The notes under the pieces are model-generated. The model was not told the DNA's origin and made no database searches. It saw nothing but the letters and a program-made list of their open reading frames with translations. Of a stretch of 64,000 nt of DNA, positions 19,301 to 28,360 are shown one piece after another. Where the stretch lies: positions 2,496,001 to 2,560,000 of the forward strand of contig OZ243938.1 of NCBI GenBank assembly GCA_965214095.1, in the 5' to 3' direction. Position numbers and translations under genes: made by a program. Origin of the DNA: Candidatus Poribacteria bacterium. GTDB lineage: Bacteria; Poribacteria; WGA-4E; WGA-3G. The first letter of the stretch is position 1. The number at the start of each line of letters is the position of its first letter.

Positions 19301-19705
19301 CTAAGTTGACTCTGATTCAGCCAATTGTGTCTGTTCATTTGCGAATTTCGAAATTTCCCTTTCTCCAGTGGGTTCGATGTAAGATGACATGTCTTCATCT
19401 ATTTTTGGTTCAATTGAAAGTCGACATCCAAGCGCAGTAAGAATAGTTGCAAGTGTATCAATCCGTGGTGCTTTCTCACATGAGAGTGTTTTTGAGAGCA
19501 TTTCCTCATCTATGCCGGTTTTCTTGGCAAGTTCAGCAATCCCACCCTGCGATTCTACAAATGTTCTAAGTGCCAACAAAAATACAGTAGTGTCCCTATC
19601 AATTTGGTATTCTTCCATTGCGAATTGGATATAGTCACATGCAGCATCCCAGTCGATGGCAAGTTGTTCTATTACTATCTCTCGCCATTTTCGGTATTTT
19701 CTCAT
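19301..19705 (-). CDS. HTH antitoxin (addiction module antidote type)
   Basis: GGIAELAKKTGI...LS..KAPRIDTL. Overlaps the toxin stop. Confidence 0.82.
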   Translation of the reverse strand: MRKYRKWREIVIEQLAIDWDAACDYIQFAMEEYQIDRDTTVFLLALRTFVESQGGIAELAKKTGIDEEMLSKTLSCEKAPRIDTLATILTALGCRLSIEPKIDEDMSSYIEPTGEREISKFANEQTQLAESEST

Positions 19706-20040
19706 CGCTGTTCCTCCTTATATTCTAACCAATAGGTTTTCGCGCGTTGGATGTCCCGTGTTTGTGTTGACTTATCCCCGCCACAGAGCAAAAGGACGAT
19801 TGTTCTATCCACTTCACCAAAGTAGATGCGATAACCTGGTCCAAAATGCAGCCGCAGCTCAAAGATGCCGCTACCAATAGATCCGCAATCGCCTAAATTT
19901 CCTTTTTCAAGCCGGTCAAGTCGTCTTCGAATTCTGGTTTGTGTTCTTACATCTCGAATTGTGTTAAACCATTCCGTGAAAGGTTCACGCCCGTTTTGCG
20001 TTCGGTAGGTTTCTATTTCCCGTGGCTGTATGTTATGCAT
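19702..20040 (-). CDS. RelE/HigB-like toxin (addiction module killer type)
   Basis: GNLGD...IFELRLHFGPGYRIYF...LLLCGGDKSTQ. ATG at 20040 preferred. Confidence 0.9.
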   Translation of the reverse strand: MHNIQPREIETYRTQNGREPFTEWFNTIRDVRTQTRIRRRLDRLEKGNLGDCGSIGSGIFELRLHFGPGYRIYFGEVDRTIVLLLCGGDKSTQTRDIQRAKTYWLEYKEEQR

Positions 20041-20069
20041 TAATGATTTCTTTATGTAGCACAAACTTT

Positions 20070-20184
20070 ATGAAGATTAATTTATTAAACGGGTAATTCT
20101 CATTTACCCAAACCCGGTAGGTGCGGTTTCCTAACCGCACTGGACTTCTCAAGGAAATTACCTGATTTATTTCTTAATCTTCAT
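20070..20184. mobile_element. MITE with ATGAAGATTAA TIRs, carrying a REP and inserted in another REP
   Basis: ATGAAGATTAA / TTAATCTTCAT. Internal GTAGGTGCGGTTTCCTAACCGCAC at 20117-20140. Flanks are the arms CACAAACT / AGTTTGTG. Confidence 0.72.
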
Positions 20185-20476
20185 TCAGTTTGTGTCATAA
20201 GGACGCAAACTAAAAGTTCACGCTACAAAATATTGGCTAATTATCAGTCCTTTTCACTAAAAACAGAGTTTCCATGTCTAAAACTTATAGGTAGCAACTT
20301 GGGTTAAAATAATATAACAGAATTCTTTACGATTATCAACCAAATAGAAATGAACTGGTGTGTTAAGATTTTTGCGCAAATACGACTGTACCATCTTATA
20401 GAGTCTAAAAACGTTAATACTATTCGCGCATTTAGCAATACATAAAGTTTTATAAGATACGTTCCAGACTGTTTTG

Positions 20477-22630
20477 TTAATCTATATTCGTCCAATGTTC
20501 GGTAGGTTCATCTAAATCAGCAAGAACCTTTGTGCCAACTTCAAGATATTTGCCATTGAGCATCACAAATTTGTCTCCACGCAAAAACAGAAATTCTCCC
20601 TTAAATTCAATCTCTTGTTCAGAATCAGAAGTTGACATCTCAGCATAGCCATCGTCTGAGATGAGAAATATATCTATTACACCATCGGATTTGACCGTAA
20701 AACCTGTAGCCAATACATCTTCATCAGCACTGACAGAAATTGATTGAACCGTCGGGGTTTCTTCAACATCAGGTTTCATAGGTAGCAGCACAACATTCAG
20801 GACGGTTGGTAGTTCACGTTGTGAGGAAAAAGTCAACACCTTGCCATCTAAGTGAATGGATAGATCTTCAGCTTTTGCAGCACCGATAAAGATATTGCTT
20901 AATCCTGAATCCTGCGTCCATACCTGCTTCTCATTCTGCATGATGTGAGGTGTGGTAAGGTTAAAAATCTGTTCCAGCGAATGTTCTCCTTCACCGAGAA
21001 CGGTATCATGAAGAATATAATATTCACCCTTCACATAAAAAATAGAACGTTTGTGATGATATTCCGATGCCTTATACCAACCTTCAACATAATCATAGGC
21101 AACCGTTGCAATCCAATGTGTATCTGGGTCAGGAATTATTCCGGTTTCTATTGGTTGTCGTTTTCCATCAATCAGAATCACGCTAAATGACTTGTTTGTT
21201 CCTAACGTTTCATCACCGCTGTTTCTCTCAAGGTTGTGTGTAATGAGTTGCCGTCCATGTCCGGACAACACAAAACTCAACTTATCTTCGTATCCCAGTT
21301 TTCCCAGAGGACCACTGTCAAAACACAGATATTGTGCCTCACTTTCCCAACTATCCCTCATAACATAGTAACCAGTATAAGGCAATGCGTGTGAAAACAC
21401 CTTTTGTTCACTATCTTTCATAATTACATCACCAATATCGTCTTTCTTAACAAAGTCTAACTTGTCTGTGACGTTATCAGTAACAAATGGTGGGAATGAC
21501 AGATCGGGTTGACTAAGGTATATGCAGGCTTTCGTCTGTTCGGCTAAAGACTTCTTCATCTCTGCGATATTCTCATGATAGACGTGCTGTTGCGTTTTTT
21601 CGTAAGTATGTAGAAATCTGGAAAAATCTGACATTGCTTCGGCTTGTGAACACAGCAATAGGTCTTTATGAAAACCGTCAGGATAGAAGAACGTGTTTTC
21701 TATCCATTTGTAGCGACGAAATGCGAACCAGAGTAGTTGTTCACTAATACGAAATTCTGGAAAGAGAAACGCAGCAATACCGATTTCTGTTGTCGCATAA
21801 ATTGGCGGTGTCGGATAAATGGAGAGTTTTAGCAGACAATTGAGATACTGTTTTGAAGAAATAAAATCATTGGTTTTTTCTATATCTGATGTGAGTTCAA
21901 GAGTCTCTATAAAATTCACACGAAACTTTGTATACTCAGATTTTGCAGTAGATAAGTCCTCTTGTAAATATGCAGATTTTACATCTCCTAATCCATCCAA
22001 TTCCAAATTAAGATACTCAAAAAACTCATTATCACTTAGTGGAAACTTTAGACAATTGGAATGTACCAAATTATAATTAAGCGTTGTGTTATAGCATTCA
22101 ATTGCAGTTTGCAAGAGGGGTAAATTGAGCGTATCTGCAAGCTGAAATGCCGCTGTTATCGGCTGTAGGATATGTGAATCGGATGGTGAAGGTGACGCAT
22201 CGCTAAGATTTATCGCAATGCGACCAAACCCAGAAAGTCGCCAAAGTTCGGATTGGGGTAGTCCATTGCATACACAACTTGCCAATGCCAACGCACTTGC
22301 AGCTGCGAGTCTTTCACGTGCTGTTAGCGCATCGGTATATGTATAGAGATATTCTATATGTTCTAAAAGTATTTTTGCTAACGCTTCCCATTCCGTTTTA
22401 TCAAGAGTTTCGTGTGAAGCGATTGCAAGTGCTTCAATTACCCGTGCAGCCACAGATTCCAACTGCCAAGCGGGATGTTGTCCAGCAAATTCAACAGGTG
22501 TGGCGTTTGCTTCAGCAAAGGTAGTAAGTTCTTCAAAATCGGCAATTGGTTCAAATTGGCTGATTATCGGTAACTTTCGTTTTGCGAGTTCTGATGCTAA
22601 CAACGCAACATATTCGGAGTGTACTGTCAT
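20477..22630 (-). CDS. Heparinase II/III-like protein (possibly inactive)
   Basis: LPYTGYYVMRDSW, FDSGP, DKLSFVL, HKRSIFYV. Start moved to ATG 22630. Confidence 0.72.
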   Translation of the reverse strand: MTVHSEYVALLASELAKRKLPIISQFEPIADFEELTTFAEANATPVEFAGQHPAWQLESVAARVIEALAIASHETLDKTEWEALAKILLEHIEYLYTYTDALTARERLAAASALALASCVCNGLPQSELWRLSGFGRIAINLSDASPSPSDSHILQPITAAFQLADTLNLPLLQTAIECYNTTLNYNLVHSNCLKFPLSDNEFFEYLNLELDGLGDVKSAYLQEDLSTAKSEYTKFRVNFIETLELTSDIEKTNDFISSKQYLNCLLKLSIYPTPPIYATTEIGIAAFLFPEFRISEQLLWFAFRRYKWIENTFFYPDGFHKDLLLCSQAEAMSDFSRFLHTYEKTQQHVYHENIAEMKKSLAEQTKACIYLSQPDLSFPPFVTDNVTDKLDFVKKDDIGDVIMKDSEQKVFSHALPYTGYYVMRDSWESEAQYLCFDSGPLGKLGYEDKLSFVLSGHGRQLITHNLERNSGDETLGTNKSFSVILIDGKRQPIETGIIPDPDTHWIATVAYDYVEGWYKASEYHHKRSIFYVKGEYYILHDTVLGEGEHSLEQIFNLTTPHIMQNEKQVWTQDSGLSNIFIGAAKAEDLSIHLDGKVLTFSSQRELPTVLNVVLLPMKPDVEETPTVQSISVSADEDVLATGFTVKSDGVIDIFLISDDGYAEMSTSDSEQEIEFKGEFLFLRGDKFVMLNGKYLEVGTKVLADLDEPTEHWTNID

Positions 22631-23075
22631 AAATTCGCCTAATCCCAAAGGCTTTCAATTGTCAAAATTAAATCAGGTTATATCATATATGTCATGTCTT
22701 TTACACTCGTCTGATGTCGGATACCGTATTATATCAACACAGATCATGAAGTGCGCCTTAGCAACACAGCCAGATCAGAAATAACCCTTGTTACAACCGC
22801 ATTTAACCCTCTTTTTTCGCGAAGGTTTTTGTTATCATTTTTTCCAAAAACACCAAATTATAATGCAATTAATGCAAAATGTTTTTAAGGATACCATATT
22901 TTCAACCCAAAACACAACATAACATCCTGTAAGGTCTGTTCTTGCATTTGAAGCAACCTTTTCACTCTTTGAGTAATTTATAACCTAACTCATAAATCGT
23001 AGATGGGGTTTCAAACCACGATTTACCGGACACTCGATCAGGTGATTTCGGACAAATTGCATTTATGAAACACGC

Positions 23076-23194
23076 TGTAGTAAAGTTTAGAATTAAAAAG
23101 ACATTTCAATGCACTTGCAAGCACCACAAGTCCCGTAGGGGCGAGGTTTCCTCGCCCTCTGAGACGTGTCCTATTAATTGTAAATTCCACTATA
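23076..23194. mobile_element. TA-ended MITE-like element with REP GTAGGGGCGAGGTTTCCTCGCCC
   Basis: TGTAGTAAAGTTTAGAATTAA...TTAATTGTAAATTCCACTATA imperfect TIRs. Confidence 0.62.
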
Positions 23195-23364
23195 GTTTTA
23201 GCTTTTTCTGCTCTATTTCATTACAAACGTTAATGGTTTTGAGATACGATATGGTAGTAGGCACGCTCCGCGTGCCGTCCACACAGATTGGGTTACGGCA
23301 CACCGAGTGTGCCTACTACTATGCATCACTACAATTCCATAATGCAGGTTAATTCTAAAAGCTA
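23193..23364. repeat. Degenerate CAGGG-family element with inverted REP doublet
   Basis: GTAGTAGGCACGCTCCGCGTGCCGT plus an inverted copy. Shares TATTTCATTACAAACGT with 53389-53502. Confidence 0.65.
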
Positions 23365-23368
23365 CCAT

Positions 23369-23471
23369 TATAGTGAATTATAAATATAAGTTGACACTTT
23401 CGCCCCACGGTAGGCGAGGTTTCCTAACCTCGCCGATGCAGAGTGTTCAAGTAATTTCAAAATCTACTATA
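23369..23471 (+). mobile_element. MITE family A, copy 4
   Basis: Near-identical to the other copies. Confidence 0.88.
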
Positions 23472-23563
23472 ATGCTTCTATCCGTATATTTTTATGCGTT
23501 TTTACCTGTTAATGTGATATACTAAATTATTATGAAATCAATTCAAGACCAAAGGAAATAAGC

Positions 23564-24373
23564 ATGATTCAAGTAGTAGTTAACGGTGCATGTGGACGGA
23601 TGGGGAGATTAATTACACAAGGTGTCGCACAACAAGACGATATGCAGCTTGTTGGTGCAACTGAATACGCTGCACATCCAGAAATTGGTGCTGATGTTGG
23701 AGTCGTAGCAGGTATCGGTGAACTCGGTATTGTAATCACAAGCGATCTCAAAGATGTGATTGCAGATGCTGATGTTGCAATTGAATTTTCAACTCCCGAT
23801 GCATCATTAGAACATCTTAGACAAGTTGTAGATGCAGATAAGGCAATAGTTCTTGCAACGACAGGATTCAACGCAGACGAATTAGCAGAAGTCCATAAAC
23901 TTGCTTCAAAAATAAAATGTGTCATGGCACCGAATATGAGCCTTGGTGTGAACGTCATGATTCAGGCTTTGGAATTGGTTGCAAAGGCACTTGGCGATGA
24001 TTATGATATTGAAGTAATTGAAGCACATCACAATCATAAAGCAGATTCTCCGAGTGGCACAGCACTGAGGTTAGCAGAGACAGTCGCCGCAGCCGTTGGA
24101 CGTGATTTGGATGAAGTGGGTATCTATGGTCGCCACGGTATCATCGGTCCGCGTCCGGAAAAACAGATTGGTATACATGCTATTCGTGGTGGAGACATTG
24201 CGGGGGATCACACTGTCATGTTTGCAACAGAAGGTGAAACACTCAGTGTAGTACACCGAGCACATAGTCCAGAGGCGTTTGCAAAAGGTGCTATCCGTGC
24301 CGCGAGATGGGTGGTAGATGCCCCCCGAGGATTACACGATGTTAGCGAAGTCCTTTTCGGTAAAAAGCAATAA
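23564..24373 (+). CDS. dapB: 4-hydroxy-tetrahydrodipicolinate reductase
   Basis: GACGRMG, APNMSLGVN, EAHHNHKADSPSGTA. Confidence 0.96.
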   Translation: MIQVVVNGACGRMGRLITQGVAQQDDMQLVGATEYAAHPEIGADVGVVAGIGELGIVITSDLKDVIADADVAIEFSTPDASLEHLRQVVDADKAIVLATTGFNADELAEVHKLASKIKCVMAPNMSLGVNVMIQALELVAKALGDDYDIEVIEAHHNHKADSPSGTALRLAETVAAAVGRDLDEVGIYGRHGIIGPRPEKQIGIHAIRGGDIAGDHTVMFATEGETLSVVHRAHSPEAFAKGAIRAARWVVDAPRGLHDVSEVLFGKKQ

Positions 24374-26405
24374 GTCCGCAAATAGAATACTTACATGTCT
24401 CTTCCTGTTACATCTTGTCGCAATTTTATCAGTTCTCGGATGCCAAAACACACCGAAACACACTATAGGTATATGGAAAACAGTTTTAGAAGGAGACTGG
24501 AGTGCACGGCTATATGATGTCCATTTTATCTCTGAAACACATGGATGGGCAGTAGGCAATTCAGTCGGGTTAGTATCAGATCACAACATCAATGAATCCG
24601 ATAATTCCTACACCGATGGTGCAGAGAGTATTATCCTGCATACTGAGGACGGAGGAAAAAATTGGCATAAACAACATAGTACAGTTTTTGGAAATCCACT
24701 GAGGAAAGTGTTCTTTCGCAATAGTAAGGAAGGATGGTCTGTTGGTGAAGGCGGTGTTATTATACGGACAACCGATGGTGGAAAAACGTGGCTAAGGATT
24801 GAATCAGGAACAGAACACGATTTACACGGTCTCTATATCGGGAAAGAAACCTGCTGGATAGTTGGGGATTGGGGGACACTCCTCAAATCAGTAGACGGTG
24901 GAAAAACTTATGAAATCCTTGGAACCAGTTTTGGAAGAAAATCAATAAAAGGGATTCAGTTTATTGATAACACAAACGGTTGGATTATCACCTATAGTAC
25001 ACCGAATGACTCAGAGAATTCAGGTTATATCTACCACACCCAGAATGGTGGACAGACATGGAAAGAACAATTCAAAACCAAATCCGCACTCTTCAGTCTA
25101 CATTTCATTGATAGGATGATGGGTTGGGTTGTCGGTGATAGACGGAGCATCTATGTAACAACCGACGGTGGACAAACTTGGAGATTCCTCACAGAAGGAA
25201 GCAACCAACGACACACTGAAAAATACGGACAACCCGAATATCTTGGCAATGAACCATTACACACCTTTACGCTCTATGATGTTGACTTTGCTGACAATCA
25301 GCACGGGTGGATTGTGGGAGATTTGGGTGTAATTCTCCATATTGCATCAGGTGTGAAGAAAGATGGCAGCCGTCTATGGAAACACCAACGTGGTGGTCCG
25401 CGTTTTCACAACAGTGCCGATGCACTCTTATTAGGTGTTGACTTTGTTTCTCATAAACTCGGTTGGGCAGTTGGTGAAAACGGAACGATATTGCATACAC
25501 GCAACGGTGGTATAACATGGGATTCCCAATCAAGTCCAACACATCTACTTTTTGATATATGCATCACTGCAGACAATAAGGGATATGTCGTGGGGGATCG
25601 AGGTGCCATTTTACAAACAGAGGATAGCGGTTCTAATTGGCAACCCCAGGATAGCAGAACTACTGAGTGCTTCGGAGGGACGCACTTTGTAACACCGAAA
25701 AAGGGGTGGGCAGTTGCAGAAGCAGGTGTGATTTTACACACAACAAACGGTGGTGTAGTTTGGCAACGGCAAACCTCTAACACAGAACAAGACCTACTTG
25801 CCGTGTTCTTTGTTGATGAAAATACAGGTTGGTGTGTAGGGAGTACGGGGGAAATAGTACATACTTCCAATGGCGGAAAAACTTGGTCTCAACAAAAAAG
25901 TGGTGTTTCATTTAACCTATTTGATATTCATTTTACGTCTAAAACTGAAGGATGGGTAGTAGGGTTATTTGGAACGCTTTTATACACGAATGATGGCGGT
26001 AAACGGTGGCAACTTTCTACACTCACACGCGAACTCAAGAGAATGAACACTATGCAGAATGCATGGTTAAACGCTGTCTATTTTGTGACTTCACAAATAG
26101 GATGGGTGGTCGGTGTGGATGGTTTGATATTTCACACCAATGATGGTGGCAAAAGTTGGACACGACAAAATAGCAATACGTTAAACTTTCTCTACGATGT
26201 GTTTTTTATCTCAAAAGAAGAAGGATGGATTGTAGGAAAAGAAGGACTTGTTTTACATACAAAAGATGGGGGGACGAACTGGAGACCCCAAAGAACAAAT
26301 ACACGAACAGACCTAACGGCTATACACATGAGCAGTCCCAACTCAGGATTAGTTACAGGACAAGGTGGAACTATTCTAAAATATGAGGTGCTTGAACTCG
26401 AATAA
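24318..26405 (+). CDS. YCF48/BNR-repeat beta-propeller lipoprotein
   Basis: Many GW.VG..G.ILHT.DGG.TW repeats and lipobox VLGC. Start uncertain. Confidence 0.88.
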   Translation: MPPEDYTMLAKSFSVKSNKSANRILTCLFLLHLVAILSVLGCQNTPKHTIGIWKTVLEGDWSARLYDVHFISETHGWAVGNSVGLVSDHNINESDNSYTDGAESIILHTEDGGKNWHKQHSTVFGNPLRKVFFRNSKEGWSVGEGGVIIRTTDGGKTWLRIESGTEHDLHGLYIGKETCWIVGDWGTLLKSVDGGKTYEILGTSFGRKSIKGIQFIDNTNGWIITYSTPNDSENSGYIYHTQNGGQTWKEQFKTKSALFSLHFIDRMMGWVVGDRRSIYVTTDGGQTWRFLTEGSNQRHTEKYGQPEYLGNEPLHTFTLYDVDFADNQHGWIVGDLGVILHIASGVKKDGSRLWKHQRGGPRFHNSADALLLGVDFVSHKLGWAVGENGTILHTRNGGITWDSQSSPTHLLFDICITADNKGYVVGDRGAILQTEDSGSNWQPQDSRTTECFGGTHFVTPKKGWAVAEAGVILHTTNGGVVWQRQTSNTEQDLLAVFFVDENTGWCVGSTGEIVHTSNGGKTWSQQKSGVSFNLFDIHFTSKTEGWVVGLFGTLLYTNDGGKRWQLSTLTRELKRMNTMQNAWLNAVYFVTSQIGWVVGVDGLIFHTNDGGKSWTRQNSNTLNFLYDVFFISKEEGWIVGKEGLVLHTKDGGTNWRPQRTNTRTDLTAIHMSSPNSGLVTGQGGTILKYEVLELE

Positions 26406-26417
26406 GGAAATAGAATT

Positions 26418-27161
26418 ATGACTGGTGAACAAAAATATCTATTTGATTTACAAGGGTACATTGTCTTGAAAGATGTTGTGCCTCCTAATGTCGTTGAGGC
26501 ATGCAACGCGGTGCTTGACAAGTATGAAAACATGAACCCAAGTGATTACCCGAACCCATTATGCTTGGGTACGGAACGTACTGAAAAAGAACTCTACATA
26601 TCAAATATTTTGGAAGCAGACAGTGCCTTGAATGCACTCGTTGATATTCCTGAAGTGCTCAATGTAGTTGCGGGGGTAACCGGTGGACCGTATCGCCTAA
26701 ACCATACCTATACAATATATCGCTGGGGTGGTGGTTATACCGGTTTGCACATGCATGGAACACCTATTATTCCAAAGTGTCAGTATCACTGCAGAAATGG
26801 TGAGATGGTATCTACTTTAACCAAGGCAGTATTTCCTATGCTTGATTGTGGTGTAGATGACGGTTGTTTCGCTGTTATCCCAGGCGCACATAAGAGCAAC
26901 TTTCCGAAACCGTGGGGAAGTCATCCAGATGAAAACCCTGTGCTGATGCCCATTCCCGCTAAAGCAGGGGATGCAATCATTTTCACCGAAGCACTTACAC
27001 ACGGATCCGTCATCAATGTATCAGAAAAACCGCGCAGAACACTCTACTACTGTTATAGCGTAGGTTATATGCCCGATTGGGGTGGTCAAGGTTTGCATTT
27101 CAGTCCCAACGTCATGAACCAACTTAATGAAACACAACAAGCTATCTTACATCTTAAATAA
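26418..27161 (+). CDS. Phytanoyl-CoA dioxygenase (PhyH) family protein
   Basis: FDLQGYIVL, VIPGAHK, AGDAIIFTEALTHGS, RRTL. Confidence 0.85.
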   Translation: MTGEQKYLFDLQGYIVLKDVVPPNVVEACNAVLDKYENMNPSDYPNPLCLGTERTEKELYISNILEADSALNALVDIPEVLNVVAGVTGGPYRLNHTYTIYRWGGGYTGLHMHGTPIIPKCQYHCRNGEMVSTLTKAVFPMLDCGVDDGCFAVIPGAHKSNFPKPWGSHPDENPVLMPIPAKAGDAIIFTEALTHGSVINVSEKPRRTLYYCYSVGYMPDWGGQGLHFSPNVMNQLNETQQAILHLK

Positions 27162-27179
27162 TAAGGAAAGGACATTACT

Positions 27180-28358
27180 TTGATTACAATTGCAGAACGG
27201 TTACAAAAACTTCCACCCTATCTTTTTGTGGATTTACGACAAAAAATGATGGCCGCCAAAGAACGAGGCGTTGATGTCATCAGCCTTGGAATCGGCGATC
27301 CTGATTTTCCTACACCCGACCCGGTAGTGCAAACTTTATGTAGCTCAATACAAGACACTGAAGACCCTGATAGACATCGTTACGGATGTGATAGTCCTGT
27401 AACAGAATTTCCGCAGGCTGTGAGTGCGTTCTATCAAAATCGCTTTGGTGTTTCCTTAGAAGAGAATCAGATCGTTACGACACTCGGTAGCAAAGATGCA
27501 ATTGTCAAAATGGCATTAGGCATATTAAATCCTGGGGATATAGGTATTGCTGCAAGTCCAGGATATCCAACATATAACATCGGACATGTATTTGCAAGTG
27601 CAACCACATACTATGCTCCGATCTTAAGATCAAACGATTTCTATGTTGACTTTGATGCTATTCCTGTTGAGGTGAAACGTCTTGCCAAAGTTCTTTGGAT
27701 TAACTATCCAAACAATCCTACTACGGCAGTTGCTGATTTAGACTTTTTCAAACGGGCAGTTGAATTTGGCAGACAGAACAACATACTCATCGCGCATGAC
27801 AACGCATACAGTGAAAATACCTATGATGGATACAAATCACCAAGCATACTTCAAGTGGATGGAGCCGATGAAGTCGCCGTTGAATTCTTTTCATTGAGCA
27901 AAGCATTCAATATGACAGGGTGGCGATTAGGATTTGTCGTCGGTAATGCTACTGCTGTTGAAGCTGTGAAAAAGGTAAAGGACAATATTGACAACGGTTC
28001 ATTACGCGCATTACAATTCTCAGGAGCAAAGGCACTTTCAATCGCAGACGATGTTACATCACAACTCAATAACATATATCAAAAACGTAGAGACACAGTG
28101 GTTGATGCACTAAAACAGAGTGGGTGGTCTATTGAAAAACCGAAAGCAACTATGTATGTATGGGCACCAGTACCAGAACGTTTTGACGGTTCAAGTCGAG
28201 CTTTTGCTACTGCGCTCCTTGAAGATGCGGGTGTCGTTGTAACTCCCGGACTCGGTTATGGACAATGGAGTGAAGGTTATTTCAGGATTTCATTGACATA
28301 TCCGGACAATGTAATTGAAGAAGCGATTACGCGAATTAGAGATTTTTCCTCACAATAA
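27180..28358 (+). CDS. dapL: LL-diaminopimelate aminotransferase (class I/II)
   Basis: LPPYLF, LGIGDPD, NYPNNPT, HDNAYSE, SLSKAFNMTGWRLG. Same strand run as dapB. Confidence 0.82.
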   Translation: MITIAERLQKLPPYLFVDLRQKMMAAKERGVDVISLGIGDPDFPTPDPVVQTLCSSIQDTEDPDRHRYGCDSPVTEFPQAVSAFYQNRFGVSLEENQIVTTLGSKDAIVKMALGILNPGDIGIAASPGYPTYNIGHVFASATTYYAPILRSNDFYVDFDAIPVEVKRLAKVLWINYPNNPTTAVADLDFFKRAVEFGRQNNILIAHDNAYSENTYDGYKSPSILQVDGADEVAVEFFSLSKAFNMTGWRLGFVVGNATAVEAVKKVKDNIDNGSLRALQFSGAKALSIADDVTSQLNNIYQKRRDTVVDALKQSGWSIEKPKATMYVWAPVPERFDGSSRAFATALLEDAGVVVTPGLGYGQWSEGYFRISLTYPDNVIEEAITRIRDFSSQ

Positions 28359-28360
28359 AC

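Noticed and set aside
22650-23070. Long AT-rich intergenic region as an RNA gene or origin
   Set aside because: No tRNA fold or DnaA-box cluster was recognised, only one REP near 22999.
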